From Eledone cirrhosa (taxonomy: Eukaryota), in NCBI GenBank assembly GCA_964016885.1, contig OZ024747.1, forward strand, positions 72,788,001 through 72,852,000: a stretch of DNA of 64,000 nt, given 5' to 3'. Of the stretch, positions 1-13,814 are shown piece by piece. The notes under the pieces are model-generated. The model was not told the DNA's origin. It made no database searches and saw only the letters and a list, made by a program, of their open reading frames with translations. The translations under genes were made by a program, and so were the position numbers. Numbering within the stretch: position 1 is the stretch's first letter; every line of letters starts with the position of its first letter.

Positions 1-572
1 ACAAAAGGTTCTTATATAAAATTATGATGAAAGGTTTTTTTAAAATAAATATAAACACAAGAAAGACAGTTTTGTATTCTAGAACTGGGAGCAGTATCAG
101 GCATTTTGGAATTAAAAATGCTTTTAAAAGTGTACTATAAATGTGACATGTTTGAAAGACAGTTTAGAAAGAAGAAAATCAACTGGCCATAGTACAAACA
201 TTTCATTTTAATTTCTCCAAAATCATTTCAATCTGCTGAAAAGTTGTGAAGCATCACAAAGGAATATTTGTCACAAAAATATTCTGTCTTTAAATTTATC
301 AAATGTTTATGTCCTTATCATCATCATCATCATGTCTATCTTCCATGCTAGCATAGGTTAGACGGCAATTGTCCCACTTGAGGCAAGATTGATCAGGTGA
401 CCGTGTCTCGCTTGTATAGGACTGTATCTGGCAGGTTTTCTATGGTTGGATGCCCTTCCTAACACCAATTATTATAATTATCAAAATAATTATAATTATG
501 TCAAATTTAGTGAAAAAAATAATTTTTAATTTAAAATATTTTACTATTATTAAACTATGTTATGTAAGAATG

Positions 573-768
573 GTTTCTGATTTAGGCCCAAGGTCAACAA
601 CAATCAAATTAACCCCAGTGCATTACTGTTACTTTATTTTATTAACTCCCCATAAAGATGAAAGGCAAAGCTAACTTCGGCATGATTTGAACTCCGAAGG
701 TAAAGTGATGTAACTATTCCACAAATCATGTTGTCCGATGTGCCACAGATACTACCAATTCACCACCC
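573..768 (-). mobile_element. tRNA-derived SINE family A, diverged copy
   Basis: Reverse-complement match to the family core (GATGAAAGGCAAAG, GATTTGAACTC, ACTTTATTTTAT) seen in many copies in this window. Confidence 0.75.
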
Positions 769-1524
769 ATAAGCTGTCATGTAATAATCAGATTGCAGAC
801 AAGGATCTGAATTAAAATTTGAACAGTTTAACAGAGATGGTTAAATTCAATTAAAACTTTCACGACCATATTATTAATACTGCGTATAATTTTCAAATCA
901 TTTTGAAAATAACCAAGAATTTGGCGATAATTAAGTTTCTCATTATTTGGTGCTTGGGTTATATCTTTACAAAGGTTCTAGCATATAATTACGAGGGAAT
1001 TTTTTTCAAGTAAATAAAAACTCTTTACAACAGTTTTGTAGGGGTGGTCTCGGGCAGTTTGATATTAATGACTCCCAGACTGTCCACATTTTAATTTCAC
1101 CAAAACCATTCTAGTCTACCAACTGTTTGTGACAAAAACTTGTTTGTGAAGAAGCACCATAAAAGAAAAGGTGCATACATACATGATGGCTGCAACTCGG
1201 TTTCGAGTCATGCCATCACTAGATACTTAAGTATGAGCATCATGGATGTGGCTTTTTAGTCCTGCCTATGACCAGCCATGTCATGCATCGCAAAAAATGT
1301 CACATACCAAGCGATACCTGTGCTTGAAGCTTTTTTAAGTGGGGCCAATCCCACTCTCTGAACATCAAACACATTTACCCAAAAAGTAGAAATGGTTTAC
1401 ATCATTGGATACAAACAAAGTCGCAGGTTTTGTATGACAGTGACCTTTTTTCTAGAGAGATGTCTTAATGAAGACTAGAAGTCTCTCACTCCACAAGAAA
1501 AAAAAAAATCTTTATTAGTTGTCT

Positions 1525-1620
1525 AAAATCACCCTCCTCACTGAGCAAGCTTCGTGGGGTTGCCGGTTTAGTCGCCGACAACCCAACCATGCACAGGTTG
1601 TACTTGAAAAGCAACCTGAC
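1525..1620 (-). mobile_element. Probable LINE (RTE-like) 5' UTR fragment
   Basis: Reverse complement of 63885-63975 (GGTTGGGTTGTCGGCGACTAAACCGGCAACCCCAC...GTGAGGAGGGTGA); RTE assignment is inference. Confidence 0.45.
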
Positions 1621-3255
1621 ATAACATACATAATCCTCATTCCAGTCTAGAAAGGTTTGAACAGGTCTACATAAACCACATCAGTACTGAAGTAGTGTTA
1701 CTGACCTCCCAGACAGGCTGAAGTATCTGTATCCTACTTACGTACAGTCATATCAAGTGCAGAGGAGAAATTGTCTCTTGACTTCTATATTCCATGCTCA
1801 CATGGGTTAGACAGGCTTTTATGATATGGTGCCAAACAGGTCAGGAAACCATGCCTTGCTCATGCATTCCATTTTGTCTTTATCTAAAAACTGAATGACC
1901 TTCCAAATGCCAACCAGTTCATGCTGGGTACTAGGAGCTTCTCTCATAGCACCAGAATTATCACTTTACATAGTGTACTGGGTGTTTTTTTTGTCATAGC
2001 AAAAGTACAACTACATACATATACATTTATATATGAAGCTACATACACACCTATCATATAAACACAGACACACACATAATGTTATAGACACAATCGAACC
2101 CATTCCACCATAGAGAAACAGCTGTTAAATGATGATGACAATGATGATACAGAGCAAAGCACCAGCTGTAAAGATTCATGCTATAAGTTTATTTTACAAT
2201 ATTCAAGACAGTTAAGTAAAGCAGAAATATAGTTTAGATCTATGAGAACATTGGTAAACTGTCAATTTCATTGAACATTATAAAACCATCAGAGACTGAC
2301 AGAATTGGCAGCTTTACTGCTTCAATGTCACTGCCAATCAACAACAACCCAGTTGCCATTTTAATACGACACATGTTAACTCTTTTTAGTTGGAAATATG
2401 ACTGCTAAATAGAAAATTTAAATAAAAGATAAATAAATAAACCTTTAAAAGAAGAAAATTTGAATAAAGCCCAGGGAAAGTGAACAACAACACTATGCCA
2501 ATAAAAATAAAAGCCACATTCATTTGTGTATATATCAGTCAGGGTTTAAATTACTTCAGCACTTAGCTCTAATACATGACTCTCTTCAGGCTGGTTTCAT
2601 TTCTTGTCACAACTTAGCTGATTTCCTGTGTCAATTATTTCTTTAAGACAAACCCTAACAAAACAAAGAAAACAAACAGGAAACAACTAGCACAGCCCGT
2701 CTTCTTTGTGAAGCTGAGCTAATTCTTAAAGAAATGTGTCAGTCAAGGGCTTGAAGGAGCAGAAACTTTTTGACAGAGAGGGCATACAATATAGGATGTG
2801 TTACTTGTTAGAAAATTTTACAGGGAAAGCATACATGGTTAGCATGTATTTTTAAAATTTTCAAAATAAAAGGAAAACAAGAAATAATTGTTAACCATCA
2901 GCATCATTACTATCATCATTTTACATTCACTTTCCATGTTGGCATAGGTTGGATGGGTTGATATGGTGCAAGTCAGTTACATGAGGTCACTGCCTTCATT
3001 TCGAACCACACAGGAGGGCAATAACTTCATATGACTATATATAAATATATATATATATTGCTTGAATATATGTATACTAGGCGAAACTACTGCCATTCCT
3101 GCCAACATTTTACTAGAAATATAAATGTTTATATGTTAATCATAGAAACTAAAGTGAATAGTTGAATTTTTCATACATACATCAAGATTTGAACCTGGAA
3201 CACTGAGCTAATGAACAACAACACTAAATTGTTACATTTACTATATAATTAATGG

Positions 3256-3430
3256 CTTCTGATTTAGGCACAAGGCCAAAAATCTTTTGGGGGGTGGGGG
3301 CACTCAATTGACTCAGTATGTTACTGATACTTTATTTTATTGACCCTCTAGGGATGTAAGGCAAAGCTAACATCAACAGAATTTGAACTCAGAAGGTAAA
3401 ATGATGTAACTTTATGCTGTAAAGCTCTAC
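3256..3430 (-). mobile_element. SINE family A, diverged copy
   Basis: TTAGGCACAAGGCC...ACTTTATTTTATTGACCC...GGCAAAGCTAAC...ATTTGAACTCAG. Confidence 0.7.
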
Positions 3431-4040
3431 CCTGCTAAAGTAAGAGTTAGCCATGCAGACTACATGACAGGATCCATATTTTTCAAGGAGGACTTTTTTG
3501 AGGCAATGTTTTATAGCCAGATGCCATCCTCTCTTGCAGCATGACCAAGATAGAGACAGTAAACTAGATATATTAAATAAACTTCTCTATATCAGCCACC
3601 ACAGAAAAAACTAAATATGAAAAAAAAGCTTATGAAAAATATTTTGTAGAGTAAAGATAAGCAGGAAAGTGGGCAGAGTCTATGTCCTCATAAGAAGAAG
3701 AACAGCAATAACTAGGTGAGGTTTGTGTCATTAACATAAAACAAAAATAAACTACTTTAGTTACATGCTTAAACATTATCATAATTATTACGGAATTGCA
3801 GTTACAGGCAATGTACTTACTTCATAGTTGCTTCAGACCATCTACTTCAGACAATCTAGAATTTTCTCTTTCGTCGTAAGAAAGAAAGGAACCAATCTTG
3901 GCAGTATAAGCAGTTTTTCCCCTCACACCAACAGCAACAATAACAACAATAACAACAAACCAACTAACTACCTTGTTTGAACTCTACTCACAACTGAGCA
4001 ACTCTCCTTCTCCCCTGACCTGCATTGTTGCCAAGTAAGT

Positions 4041-4140
4041 AGGGCTGAGAACTATTTCTGGCGAACAATAAGAAGGGCTGAGAACTATTTCTGGCGAACA
4101 ATAAGAAGGGCTGAGAATTATTTCTGGTGTACAATAAGAA
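4041..4140. repeat. 34-bp tandem repeat, 3 copies
   Basis: AGGGCTGAGAACTATTTCTGGCGAACAATAAGA repeated head-to-tail. Confidence 0.9.
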
Positions 4141-4327
4141 GAGAATCTATCTCATTGGTCTACATAACAGAAACTTTAGCATCAGATATTCTAGAGTTGG
4201 TGTAGCTATGGCGGCTAGTTAGGATACTTGCTTTGCAACAGTGAACATATAGTCTATAGGTGCTTCAACTATATGAATTTTTGATAATGTTTTGTATGAA
4301 ATATGTATTTATACATAAAGAATATCA

Positions 4328-4475
4328 AGCGCAGTGGATTGGACAACATGCTTTGCAACACAGTTACGTCCCTTTACATTCTGAGTTCAAATCTCGTCAC
4401 GGTTACCGTTGCCTTTCATCCTTACATGGTCGATAAAATATAGTACCAGTAACGCACTGGGGTAGATTTAATCAC
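4328..4475 (+). mobile_element. SINE family A
   Basis: GTGGATTGG...GAGTTCAAATCTCG (B-box-like)...GCCTTTCATCC...GGTCGATAAAAT...GTACCAGT. Confidence 0.75.
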
Positions 4476-4896
4476 CCTTCCCTCCCCTAATATCCTGTAT
4501 ACATACCCGATCACTTGGTTGTTTACAAAAGGCTGAGGAGTTAATATAAAGAATGATGTTCGCATACAAGGAGATACTATAAAATAGCTTATAAAATAAG
4601 GCAAAGACCCTTAAAGGAAAAGGAAGTTGCCCTCGTCAAAGTGACAAATGGCAACTTCTTTTTTCGTCTTTAAAGGGTTTTCACATTTTATAGCATATCT
4701 GCACATGAGGGTCAGCTGAAAAGTCCATAGGCTGACTATAAAGAAATGATGCTAGTGTTGTGAAATTTTGCATGCATTAATTTCAACTCATATGTCGAAG
4801 TGAACTGGAGAGCCCAGTACTTATAGTACTGTTTGATCTAACATAGTACTTACTCTTCAAGATTTTTTTCTTATTTAGGTGATGAAACAAAATATC

Positions 4897-5136
4897 TTAA
4901 CTCGTTCATGACTGCATTTCTAATGAAATACATCTTTTTTAATTAATTAATGGAGAATTTCGAGGATTTACTAAAATTATTAATTATTTTATAACTAAGA
5001 TAGTATGTAAGATTGTAAGATTCTTATATAAAATTATGTTGGAAGATTTTAATTTAAATTGGAAACCTTTAAAATGTGTGGTTTTATTTCATAGAACCAG
5101 AGCTGGTTTTGGCTGGGTTTGTAATTAAAGGGTTAA
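4897..5136. mobile_element. piggyBac-type MITE family B
   Basis: TTAA-bounded, ends AAAGGGTTAA; homologous to 10582-10798 and partly to 835-1070 and 8470-8600. Confidence 0.55.
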
Positions 5137-5669
5137 AGAGAACCTAGAGCTACTAACTATATTGGATCAAACTACCTAATCCTTGTCATATATAATTATA
5201 TATATCATATTTTAGACAGAAAGATATTTGTCACTTGGACATCTCAATGAAAAGAATGAGAGAAGAATTTAAAATATAGATTATCTAAGGCCAAAACCTC
5301 CGGGGGTGGGAGAAATACAAGCTAGACAAACTAATATTAAACAGTTTCGCTTGTATCATCTTGGAATTAAGAAACAATATTAATTATCCCTATAAATTAA
5401 GACAACTAATATTGGAAGAAATTCCTTCACCAGAGGAATTCTTTGGATATGGAAAAACTATTCAATAGAAAGACCTGGGCAGAGGTGGTTAGAGCTGATC
5501 TCAAATCAGCTGAGTAAGAAAGAAGAAACAGAGCGAGTGAAGAGATGTTATGCCAAAGACCTCCTGCCCAACCCATGCAAGCGTGGAAAAACGGACGTAA
5601 AAACGATTATGATGATGATAGTATATTTTATCATTATCAACTAGCATAATGTATTGAATATATTACGTA

Positions 5670-6283
5670 CTAGAAGCAGTACCAGCGTTGCCTGGGTAGG
5701 TAAAACAATATCTGCTTTGATGAAAAGGTGTTGATCTTAGCGACTGCTTCTCGATGACATCTATGGCCACACACAGGCCATGCGGGGGAGGTTGGTGATG
5801 ACCTCTATCACTGTGATACGCGGGTGACTGACGAAGGGGCATGCTGGGGGACGGAGTTTCGAATTTGAACGAAATCTGTTGAAAAATGTGGGAGCTAGAG
5901 CCGAAAAAGTGGAAATTTGAGTCTAAAAGTGGTATTTTTGAATATTTAAGTGGCTGAACAAGAAATGCAAAATATAAAGCCATTACAGAATGTGCAATGA
6001 TAAATTCTATTTTGCTTTAAAATTTGAACGAAATCGGTGGCAAAATGTGGGAGCTAGAGCCAAAAATCTTATTTTTCGATACCTAAAAAAAGTGACCCCC
6101 TATCGATTTTTATATGCAGAATTACACGGGAATAAAAAAAACGATACATTGATATATAGAAAACACTCCCCGATGACTAATCTATGAGCCTGTAAAGTTT
6201 CATGAAAATCGGTTGTAAGATGTAGGCCGCTATAGGTAATACACAGACACACACACACATACTTAATTTTATATATATACAGA
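5670..6283 (-). mobile_element. Non-autonomous Helitron
   Basis: Minus strand starts TCTGTATATATATAAAA plus (TG)n and ends with the degenerate hairpin CCCAGGCAACGCTGG then CTAG; A/T insertion junction, no TSD. Confidence 0.7.
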
Positions 6284-6706
6284 TTTATATCCTAAACGGA
6301 CGGTAGTCCGTTTAGTAATATTGTTGTGGTCGTGTTTTCGTTGGCAATCATCTGTTTACGACAGTACAGCGCGGCTCTACTTTATTTAACTGAGATAAAA
6401 CTTATATGAGCATGAACAGTAGATCATTACGCATCTTTTGGCTTAAAAATCTAGAAATTTGGTCCAGCGGTAAAAAGTTTATAATCAAAGTTTGCTGATA
6501 AATCTTGTGTTCAAGTGAGTGAGTAGTAAGCGTGACGCTAGGGGAGGTAATCCAGAAATGACGTAGCTTTGTCATTAAGCCAGTTGTCTCAACTATATTG
6601 TAATTATACTCAAAAGAACTTTAAAATGTCAATCACTTGTCAGTAATTCACTATGATCATTTAATTATTAGATAGTTGTTGCTTGCATTGCCTTAAAAAA
6701 TAGTAG

Positions 6707-7760
6707 ACCAGATAGACAAATGCGTACAGCAAAAAAAAGTAATATTGTTGGAATATAAACCTTTAAAAATACAGGACAAGAAACTAAAATAAAACTTTAA
6801 AAGAATAGGACAAGAAACTAAGATAAAACTTTAAAGGAATAGGACAAAAAAACTAAGATAAAACTTTAAAGAATTGGACAAGAAATAAAAAATTTTACAA
6901 TAATATTAGTGGCAAAATTTTTTTATTCGTTTCCTGTGCTATGCCCCAGTATCTTCTTGATTAGTGCATAATAATTGTCATGCTCTCATTGTGCGTTGCC
7001 CCTGAGCGGTTGGTTCTGGTTGGGGTTGGTTGGCTGAGCAGTTCTGCTCCGTCAGAATGACCATTGCAAGAAGAATTGGCCGATGCAGCTGCAGGTCTCC
7101 TCCAAGAATGCACTTCTGGTCCCACAACACCAGACGAAGATGGAGAAGACGACCGGGACAAGATGTCGACTCTGACCACCGACTACGGCACCTCCCTCAA
7201 CCACCGGTTCTCCCTCCCTCTGTCCCATCATCCCTCCAGCTCCCCCTTCCTGTACCAGAAAGCTGTGGCACGCATTCATCTGGACTGCCGGACTTGAACT
7301 CAAAGACAAGATGCAAGGAGAAGATGGACGGGTTGGTCAAGATCAAGGATGAGCGGGACGACAAGACCGTCCGCTGCTACTCAAGATCTGTGCTCATGGG
7401 CCCATGAGTCCATTCACATTATGCATGACACATGAGGCGTGTCGCCGATTGATGAAATAGGGGTATGGTTATGGCCCAATTGGTGTTCAAACCAGGATCA
7501 AATGATCCCCCCGGTCTGACGACGACCTCTGAATGTGGAACCCAGAGCCTATGAATGTGAAACTCGATTTTTTACCAATAAAAATTTTGCCACTAATATT
7601 ATTGTAAAATTTTTTATTTCTTGTCCAATTCTTTAAAGTTTTATCTTAGTTTCTTGTCCTATTCTTTTAAAGTTTTATCTTAGTTTCTTGTCCTGTAATT
7701 TTAAAGGTTTATATTCCAACAATATTACTTTTTTTTACTGTACGCACTTTTCTATCTGGT
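6707..7760 (+). mobile_element. Element with ~190-220 bp inverted arms around a GC-rich core; probable Penelope-like 3' fragment
   Basis: 6707-6925 is the reverse complement of 7577-7760, with internal ~33-bp subrepeats; core gives decayed LYQKAVARIH and PDLNSK (GIY-YIG C-terminus-like) and CTGACGA...GAAAC at 7517-7563. Confidence 0.55.
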
Positions 7761-8023
7761 ATATATTGTTTTATATATACATTTTTAAAACAATCGTGTT
7801 TGTTTCTTAAGAACATTTAATGACGTCCGTGTTTCATTATTGTATCCTGTTAGGGGTCGATAAAATAAAGTACCAGTAATGTACTGGTTAATTGCTGGCC
7901 TTGTGCCTAAAGTAGAAACAATTATTGTATCCTGTTAGTCTAGTTTGTGTTTTGATATTGATCCACCCCACCCCTCCATTTAAATCCTGATATAAAAGAT
8001 TTCCTTGTTGTGATCATGAGAGT

Positions 8024-8238
8024 TTAACCCTTTAGCATTTACATTACTCTATATTTACTATTGTATTTTCACAGAAAAGTCTTTATCTTACATAATATCG
8101 AATCTATGAGATTTCGATGATATTTATTTTGAGAACAATACCTTAACATCAGTATGAGCAACCGGTTATAGCCAGTTTGACAGAATGAGGTGAGAGAATT
8201 CTGGCCAGATACGGCTGGTTTAAATGCTAAAGGGTTAA
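8024..8238. mobile_element. piggyBac-type MITE family A
   Basis: TIR CCCTTTAGCATTTA / TAAATGCTAAAGGG with TTAA on both sides; other copies at 11369-11596, 12332-12549 and 54222-54426. Confidence 0.85.
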
Positions 8239-8344
8239 GACAATTTGATATCAAAAGGGTTAAAGAGGAAAAAAATAACCGTTTGATACCAACCTACATG
8301 AAACTGCACCAGGTTCTATATAAAACTGTCCATCTAATATGTCT

Positions 8345-8460
8345 ATCTCGAGTCTAGGGGCTCATCAGACCGGTGCTTATCCCAGTTTCTGTGGCATGAA
8401 GCGACAGAGTACATGACTTCCACCTGGACAGGACATCAGTGTATCACAGGGTTAAACCTC
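8345..8460 (-). mobile_element. SINE family B, 3' part
   Basis: Reverse complement of the family B tail (GGCTCATCAGACCGGTGCTTATCCCAGTTTC). Confidence 0.6.
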
Positions 8461-8894
8461 CAGCTATTACTGGATGAACGTGTTCAAAATATAACAAAGG
8501 ATTTTGCATAAAATTATGATTGAAGGTTTTTAAATCAATATAAAAATACTTTAAAAGAAAACAATTATATATTATAGAACCAGGGGTCGGTTTAATATCA
8601 CAAAAGTTTTTTTTAAAAATATACGTAAATATGCATTGCACCTCTCTCTCATATATATATATATATACTTTCGAACGTTCAACTATCTGGCAGATGGGTA
8701 TACGGTGCTGATGATAGCTAACAAGCTTGAAACTAGTACATCGTTCCTGTGTCAGTGTTGAACAAAAAGGTGACGTGGTTGCCTTAACACCGTGCGGCAT
8801 AAATTCAGGCTGTTCAGTTTGTTTACAAACGAACAAAGCGACGTTATAATAAGCGTCCGCTAAACTGATGCGTACATATATGTATGTGTACCTG

Positions 8895-8935
<41 letters not shown>

Positions 8936-9056
8936 ATGTATGCATGCTACTGTACGTCTGTATACATATATGTATGTACGTATACATACATACTTACATT
9001 TAAGTAAGTGCCGTACTAAGAGTGTGAAATGAAATTTCGTTTTCATTTTATTACAA

Positions 9057-9118
<62 letters not shown>

Positions 9119-9239
9119 GAGACTAGCATAAGCTAAACTATGTGTGTGTACACACACACACAGTTTAACTTATGTCAATGTTTCCAAAAAGACATTAAGA
9201 TGCCTCGTATATTAATGACAATATTTTTTTTCTATTGGT

Positions 9240-9290
<51 letters not shown>

Positions 9291-9934
9291 TAGATAGATA
9301 ACATTCCCCGTGTGTTTTAATTATGCAGTTTTTCCACAACATTAACCGGTCAGTCTATACTGCCAAAGAGCCAGTAGAATGACGGAAATGTCATATGATA
9401 TTTAGTTAGGTATTTTTTATGCTCTTCATTCAAATAACTTCAACTAAAAATACCACAGAAGTCAGCTTTGTGTTTCATCCTTCCGGTATGAACAGAATGA
9501 AAATCGGAGTCAAGTTACCTCACAAGTACACTCCCTTAAAGTTTGTGGTTTAATCATTTGAGAATTTAGTTATTTTCTAGCCAGATTTAGGCCAATAAAA
9601 ATAACTTTCTACTTTAGGCACAAGGCCAGCAATTACCCAGTGCATTACTGGTACTTTATTTTATCGACCCCTTAAGGATGAAAGGCAAAGTTAACCTCGA
9701 CGGGATTTGAACAGCATATAGAGATCTAGCTGAAGTATTATTTCTTCTGTCAGATTTATTTAAATGTTAAAATATTGCTATATTAATCTGATATATTTGT
9801 TATATGATAATAAGATACAAACCTATTTTATCTGTGAGAGAGAGAGAGAAGTGTAACTAGGGAAACTAGCGCCTAGGGCAAGCACCCCTACCCAGCACTA
9901 TTTTTAACGATGGACCTAATAATTTATATAAATA

Positions 9935-10118
9935 ATTGTTTCTACTTTTGGCACAAGGCCAGCAATTAGTCAGTACATTACTGGTACTTTATTTTATCGA
10001 CCCCGTAAGGATGAAAGGCAAAGTTAACCTCGGCGGGATTTGAACTCAGATCATAAAGGGACGTAACTCTATGCTTCAAAGCATGGTGTCCGACTCTCTA
10101 CCGTTACTGCCAATCCAA
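9935..10118 (-). mobile_element. SINE family A, near full length
   Basis: Close match to family core; a partial copy also lies at 9605-9712. Confidence 0.9.
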
Positions 10119-11368
10119 TGATCCAGTCACCATAATGCGTCTCACCCATGATAATCAAAGACAGGACATCATAGATCTGAATAAGTTTTTTTTTTCACTC
10201 TCTGGCAATAGCTTATCTGATTTTAATAGAAAGTTCTCCTAGTGCATGTGGTACCCCCCATCATTCAAGTGACGCTCATGGCACGTGCCAATGCTTGCCA
10301 TACTCTAGTTATACGTCTGTTGTGTGTACATATATACAATTTTACTTTATTCTTTATCAAGTAAATTAAATTTCATGTTTTCTTTTAGCTATTAAAAACT
10401 ATTAATACATTTTTTGTACTGTCATAGTGTGATTTTTTCCATTCCTGCTCTCAAGAATCTATTTCAAACTGGTTGTATATATTTTACAATCAGTGTTGAG
10501 TGTAGTTAATTATTTTTAATTACTTTCTTCGACAATGCCAAAGCAAAACCAATACAAAGAGAAGTTTAAGGGGCGAGTAGCTTAACTCTTTCCTGATTAC
10601 ATTTTTAATGAAATACACTTTATTTTAATTAATGAAGGATTTTTAGGGATTTACTAAAATTATTAATTATTTCATTACTAAGATAGTAACTTAATGTATG
10701 GTTCTTATATAAAAAATATGTTGGAAACCTATAAAATGAGTGGTTTTATTTCATAGAACAAGAACCAGTTTTGGCTGGGTTGGAAACTAAAAGGTTAAAA
10801 ATGAATCTTCTAAAAATTGTTCGATAGATATGAAAGAAGATTCCCAGTGTTGCTGATTGCAGGTTATGCAAATACGATATCAATGCAAAGTACTTTGACT
10901 TAATTGTACAACATAAAATAAAATATATCATCTCTGGAAATAGTGCCATTACCACAATACCTTTAAGTGAAGCCAAAGTGTAAAGTAAGAAACCTAGGAG
11001 GAAGTCCATGTTTATTAGCTGTCATTCAGCTGTTGTATATACCGACCATCGGGTTGACCTCTGCAACAATAACAAACCACAGAGAGACAAGTGCACAATT
11101 AAAATGCATCATACAAATTATTCAGAAATTATCAAACCTGTCATTTATAACTACTTTGAGGAAGATTTCATTAGTGATGTAAGAGATAGTAAGTTCAGTT
11201 TATTGCTGGATAATCTAATGATATCGCTATAAACAAAATACTGGGAATTGTAATAATTTACTTTAGTAGTACATATAATAAGGTACCTTCTATATATTTA
11301 AGTTTAGTAGAATTAGAGAAGTGTGAAGCAGAATATATTGCCATGGTTCAGATTGCTTGCCAAGAAGT

Positions 11369-11596
11369 TTAACCCTTTAGCATTCACATTACTCTATATT
11401 TACTATTATATTTTTGTAGTAAACACTTTATCTTACATAATTATCTCACATAATATCGAATCTATGAGATTTTGATATTATTTATTTTGAGAACAATACC
11501 TTAACATCAGTATAAGCGGCCAGTTTCAATTGATTTGAACAGAAAGAGGTGAGACATTTCTGGACGGATACAGCCGGTTTGAATGCTAAAGGGTTC
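11369..11596. mobile_element. piggyBac-type MITE family A
   Basis: TTAACCCTTTAGCATT...AATGCTAAAGGGTT; homologous to 8024-8238. Confidence 0.85.
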
Positions 11597-12331
11597 AAAT
11601 TTATAATATATGTGACACATAGATAGTTTACCTATTTACCAACAATGCACTTAGCTTACAGAATTCTCTATCGGGCAATAAAAGACAAAACAGCCCTGAG
11701 AATTCCTATGAACTCTAAAACAAAGTAGTTGACCACACAACCTGCTGTCGAAGAACAATTTCTCAATGGTTAGAATTAAAAATACACTTTGAAATCTCAA
11801 GTGCTACAAGTCTAGTATTTTTACTTCTCATATAGCCAATACTTGAAGAAGTGTGGTTTGTGAATAAATCCTTTGAGTCTAACAATGCTAATAAACTAAA
11901 ATTATTGAAAGAGCTAACATTGTGAAATCTTATGGAAATAATCCTTTCAACTCATAAGTTTGATGTATTGGCTTGTAACATTAAAGAGTTTCAAGATTCT
12001 AAACCATATTTAGGATTTGAAAACAAAATTGATGAAGTTGACAAATTAAAGAACCAACAGAATGATGAATTATGCCTGAGGAATAGATTTGATGTCAATA
12101 GATTTTATGTCTATCCCAACAATTGAAACAAACGTTGCCTGAAAATTTGGAACTTTTAAAAGAACGTACTGTGAAAAATGTTCTTCAACCTGTTAACTCT
12201 TTTATCACTGCATTTCTAATGAAATACACTATTTTAATTTCTAAGATCTTCATTAATGTAAATTACTGGTGCACTACACATGTGAACTTGGTACATAAGC
12301 TGCTGTGGATATTATGATATGTGCATAAAAC

Positions 12332-12549
12332 TTAACCCTTTAGCATTTAAATTGGCCGTATCCGGCAAGTATTCCCTCACCTCTTTCTGTTCAAACTGAC
12401 TGTAACCAGCTGTTCATACATATGCTAAGGTATTGTTCTCAAAATAAATATCAAAATCTTGTAGATTTGTAGATATATTATGTGAGATAAAGTGTTTACT
12501 GTGAAAATACAATAGTATATATAGAGTAAAGTAAATGGTAAAGGATTAA
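12332..12549. mobile_element. piggyBac-type MITE family A, opposite orientation
   Basis: TTAACCCTTTAGCATTTAAA start; interior is the reverse complement of 8024-8238. Confidence 0.8.
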
Positions 12550-12889
12550 ATATAACTTCATCATCCTCTAGTGTTTATATGGTTGTAGAGGTTTCACTTA
12601 TTTGTAATTCCACATTAATGATACAAAAAATATATCACAAATGTGAGAGAACTACTAAAATGCTGGAATTTTGAGCAATTTGCAAGAATACTTGATGAGA
12701 AAGCAAATGTTGGAAAATCGTGCATGTGTGAAGATTGACATGCCTGATTTAGTAGTATTTTAATACTATTTTAACTTGCTTATAGAGATTTTAAACATCA
12801 ATATTCGAGTTATAAATCATGCTGTCCCAAGCTACAAAATCTGATTTGGATTTGGAAACACTAGGTATAGTGTCATGTTAGCAGCCATT

Positions 12890-13070
12890 AGAGTGGTAGA
12901 TTGGCAGTATCGGTAGAGCATCAGACAACGTGCTTTAGTTATGACCCTTTACGTTGAGTTCAAATCCCGCCGAGGTTAACTTCGCCTTTCATCCTTATGG
13001 GGTCAATAAAATAAAGTACCAGTAATGCACTGGGGTAATTACTGGACTTGTGCCAAAAGTACAATTATTA
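12890..13070 (+). mobile_element. SINE family A
   Basis: Head GGTAGATTGGCAGTATCGGTAGAG, B-box-like GAGTTCAAATCCC, core and tail. Confidence 0.85.
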
Positions 13071-13079
13071 TTGGGTGGT

Positions 13080-13500
13080 GGAGGTGCATGGCCGAGTGGT
13101 AAGTATGTTGAACATATGATCATAATGTCATGGTTTCAATTCTTGGACTAGGTTGTATATTGTGTTCTTTAGCAAAGCACTTTATTTTGCGTTGTTTGAG
13201 TATACTCAGGTGAAAATTAGTACCAGCAATAGTTGGGGTTTAACCCTCTGATGGACTGGCATCTTATCCAGAGGAAGAATCTGAATCTTGTACTCTGTCG
13301 CTTAACACCATGGAAACCAGGATAAGCACCGGCCTGATGAGACTCTGGACTTGAGACACATAACATTATACATATATTTTACATAACCCTACGATGGACT
13401 GGTGTCATGTCCAGGGGGAAGTCTTGTACTCTCAGTCGTTTAATGTCACAGAAACCAGGATAAACAACTGCCTGATGAGCCTCCGGGCTTCAGACAGACT
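13080..13500 (+). mobile_element. SINE family B (tRNA head, CORE-like centre) with duplicated 3' tail
   Basis: GGAGGTGCATGGCCGAGTGGTAAG head; TGTGTTCTTTAGCAAAGCACTT; tail GGATAAGCACCGGCCTGATGAG repeated at 13385-13500. Confidence 0.7.
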
Positions 13501-13814
13501 TTTTAAAGAGGATTAGGGTGGGTTGGCAAAAAGTGCTGGCTATGTGCTTAAATAAGATATCAATATTATTGGGTGGTGGATTGAATAAAAATCAAGCTGC
13601 TATTAAGAATTAATTAACACATTATATGATGTATGACTCACTACATGTTACATTTATAAAATATGAAATGAAATTTACTGCTAACACTAGTACATAGTAC
13701 ACAATGAGTGTAACTACACACATTATATACAAACCACACAACAGAAACCTTTTTAAAGGAGAACACTGTAAAGAAAGCAAACTGACCCAAAATGGCAAAT
13801 ACCACTTCACTCAT

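Larger units (their letters stand above)
10535..12865 (+). pseudogene. Decayed hAT-superfamily transposase interrupted by three MITEs
   Basis: Fragments across frames: CRLCKYDINAK (zinc-finger-like), RDKCT, DSKFSLLLD, NKILGIVI, VELEKCEAE; many stops and frameshifts; MITEs at 10582, 11369 and 12332. Confidence 0.55.

Noticed and set aside
2235-2405. Minus-strand 54-codon open stretch after a strong acceptor-like site (QSYFQLKRVNMCRIKMATG...)
   Set aside because: No recognisable protein similarity and no linkable partner exon; needs RNA-seq
3810-4160. Possible first exon or bidirectional promoter (ATGAA-GTAAGT on minus, GTAAGT on plus, CCAAT)
   Set aside because: Short motifs expected by chance; no supported downstream gene
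8444-9157. 237-aa ORF
   Set aside because: Read-through of (TA)n and MITE/SINE fragments
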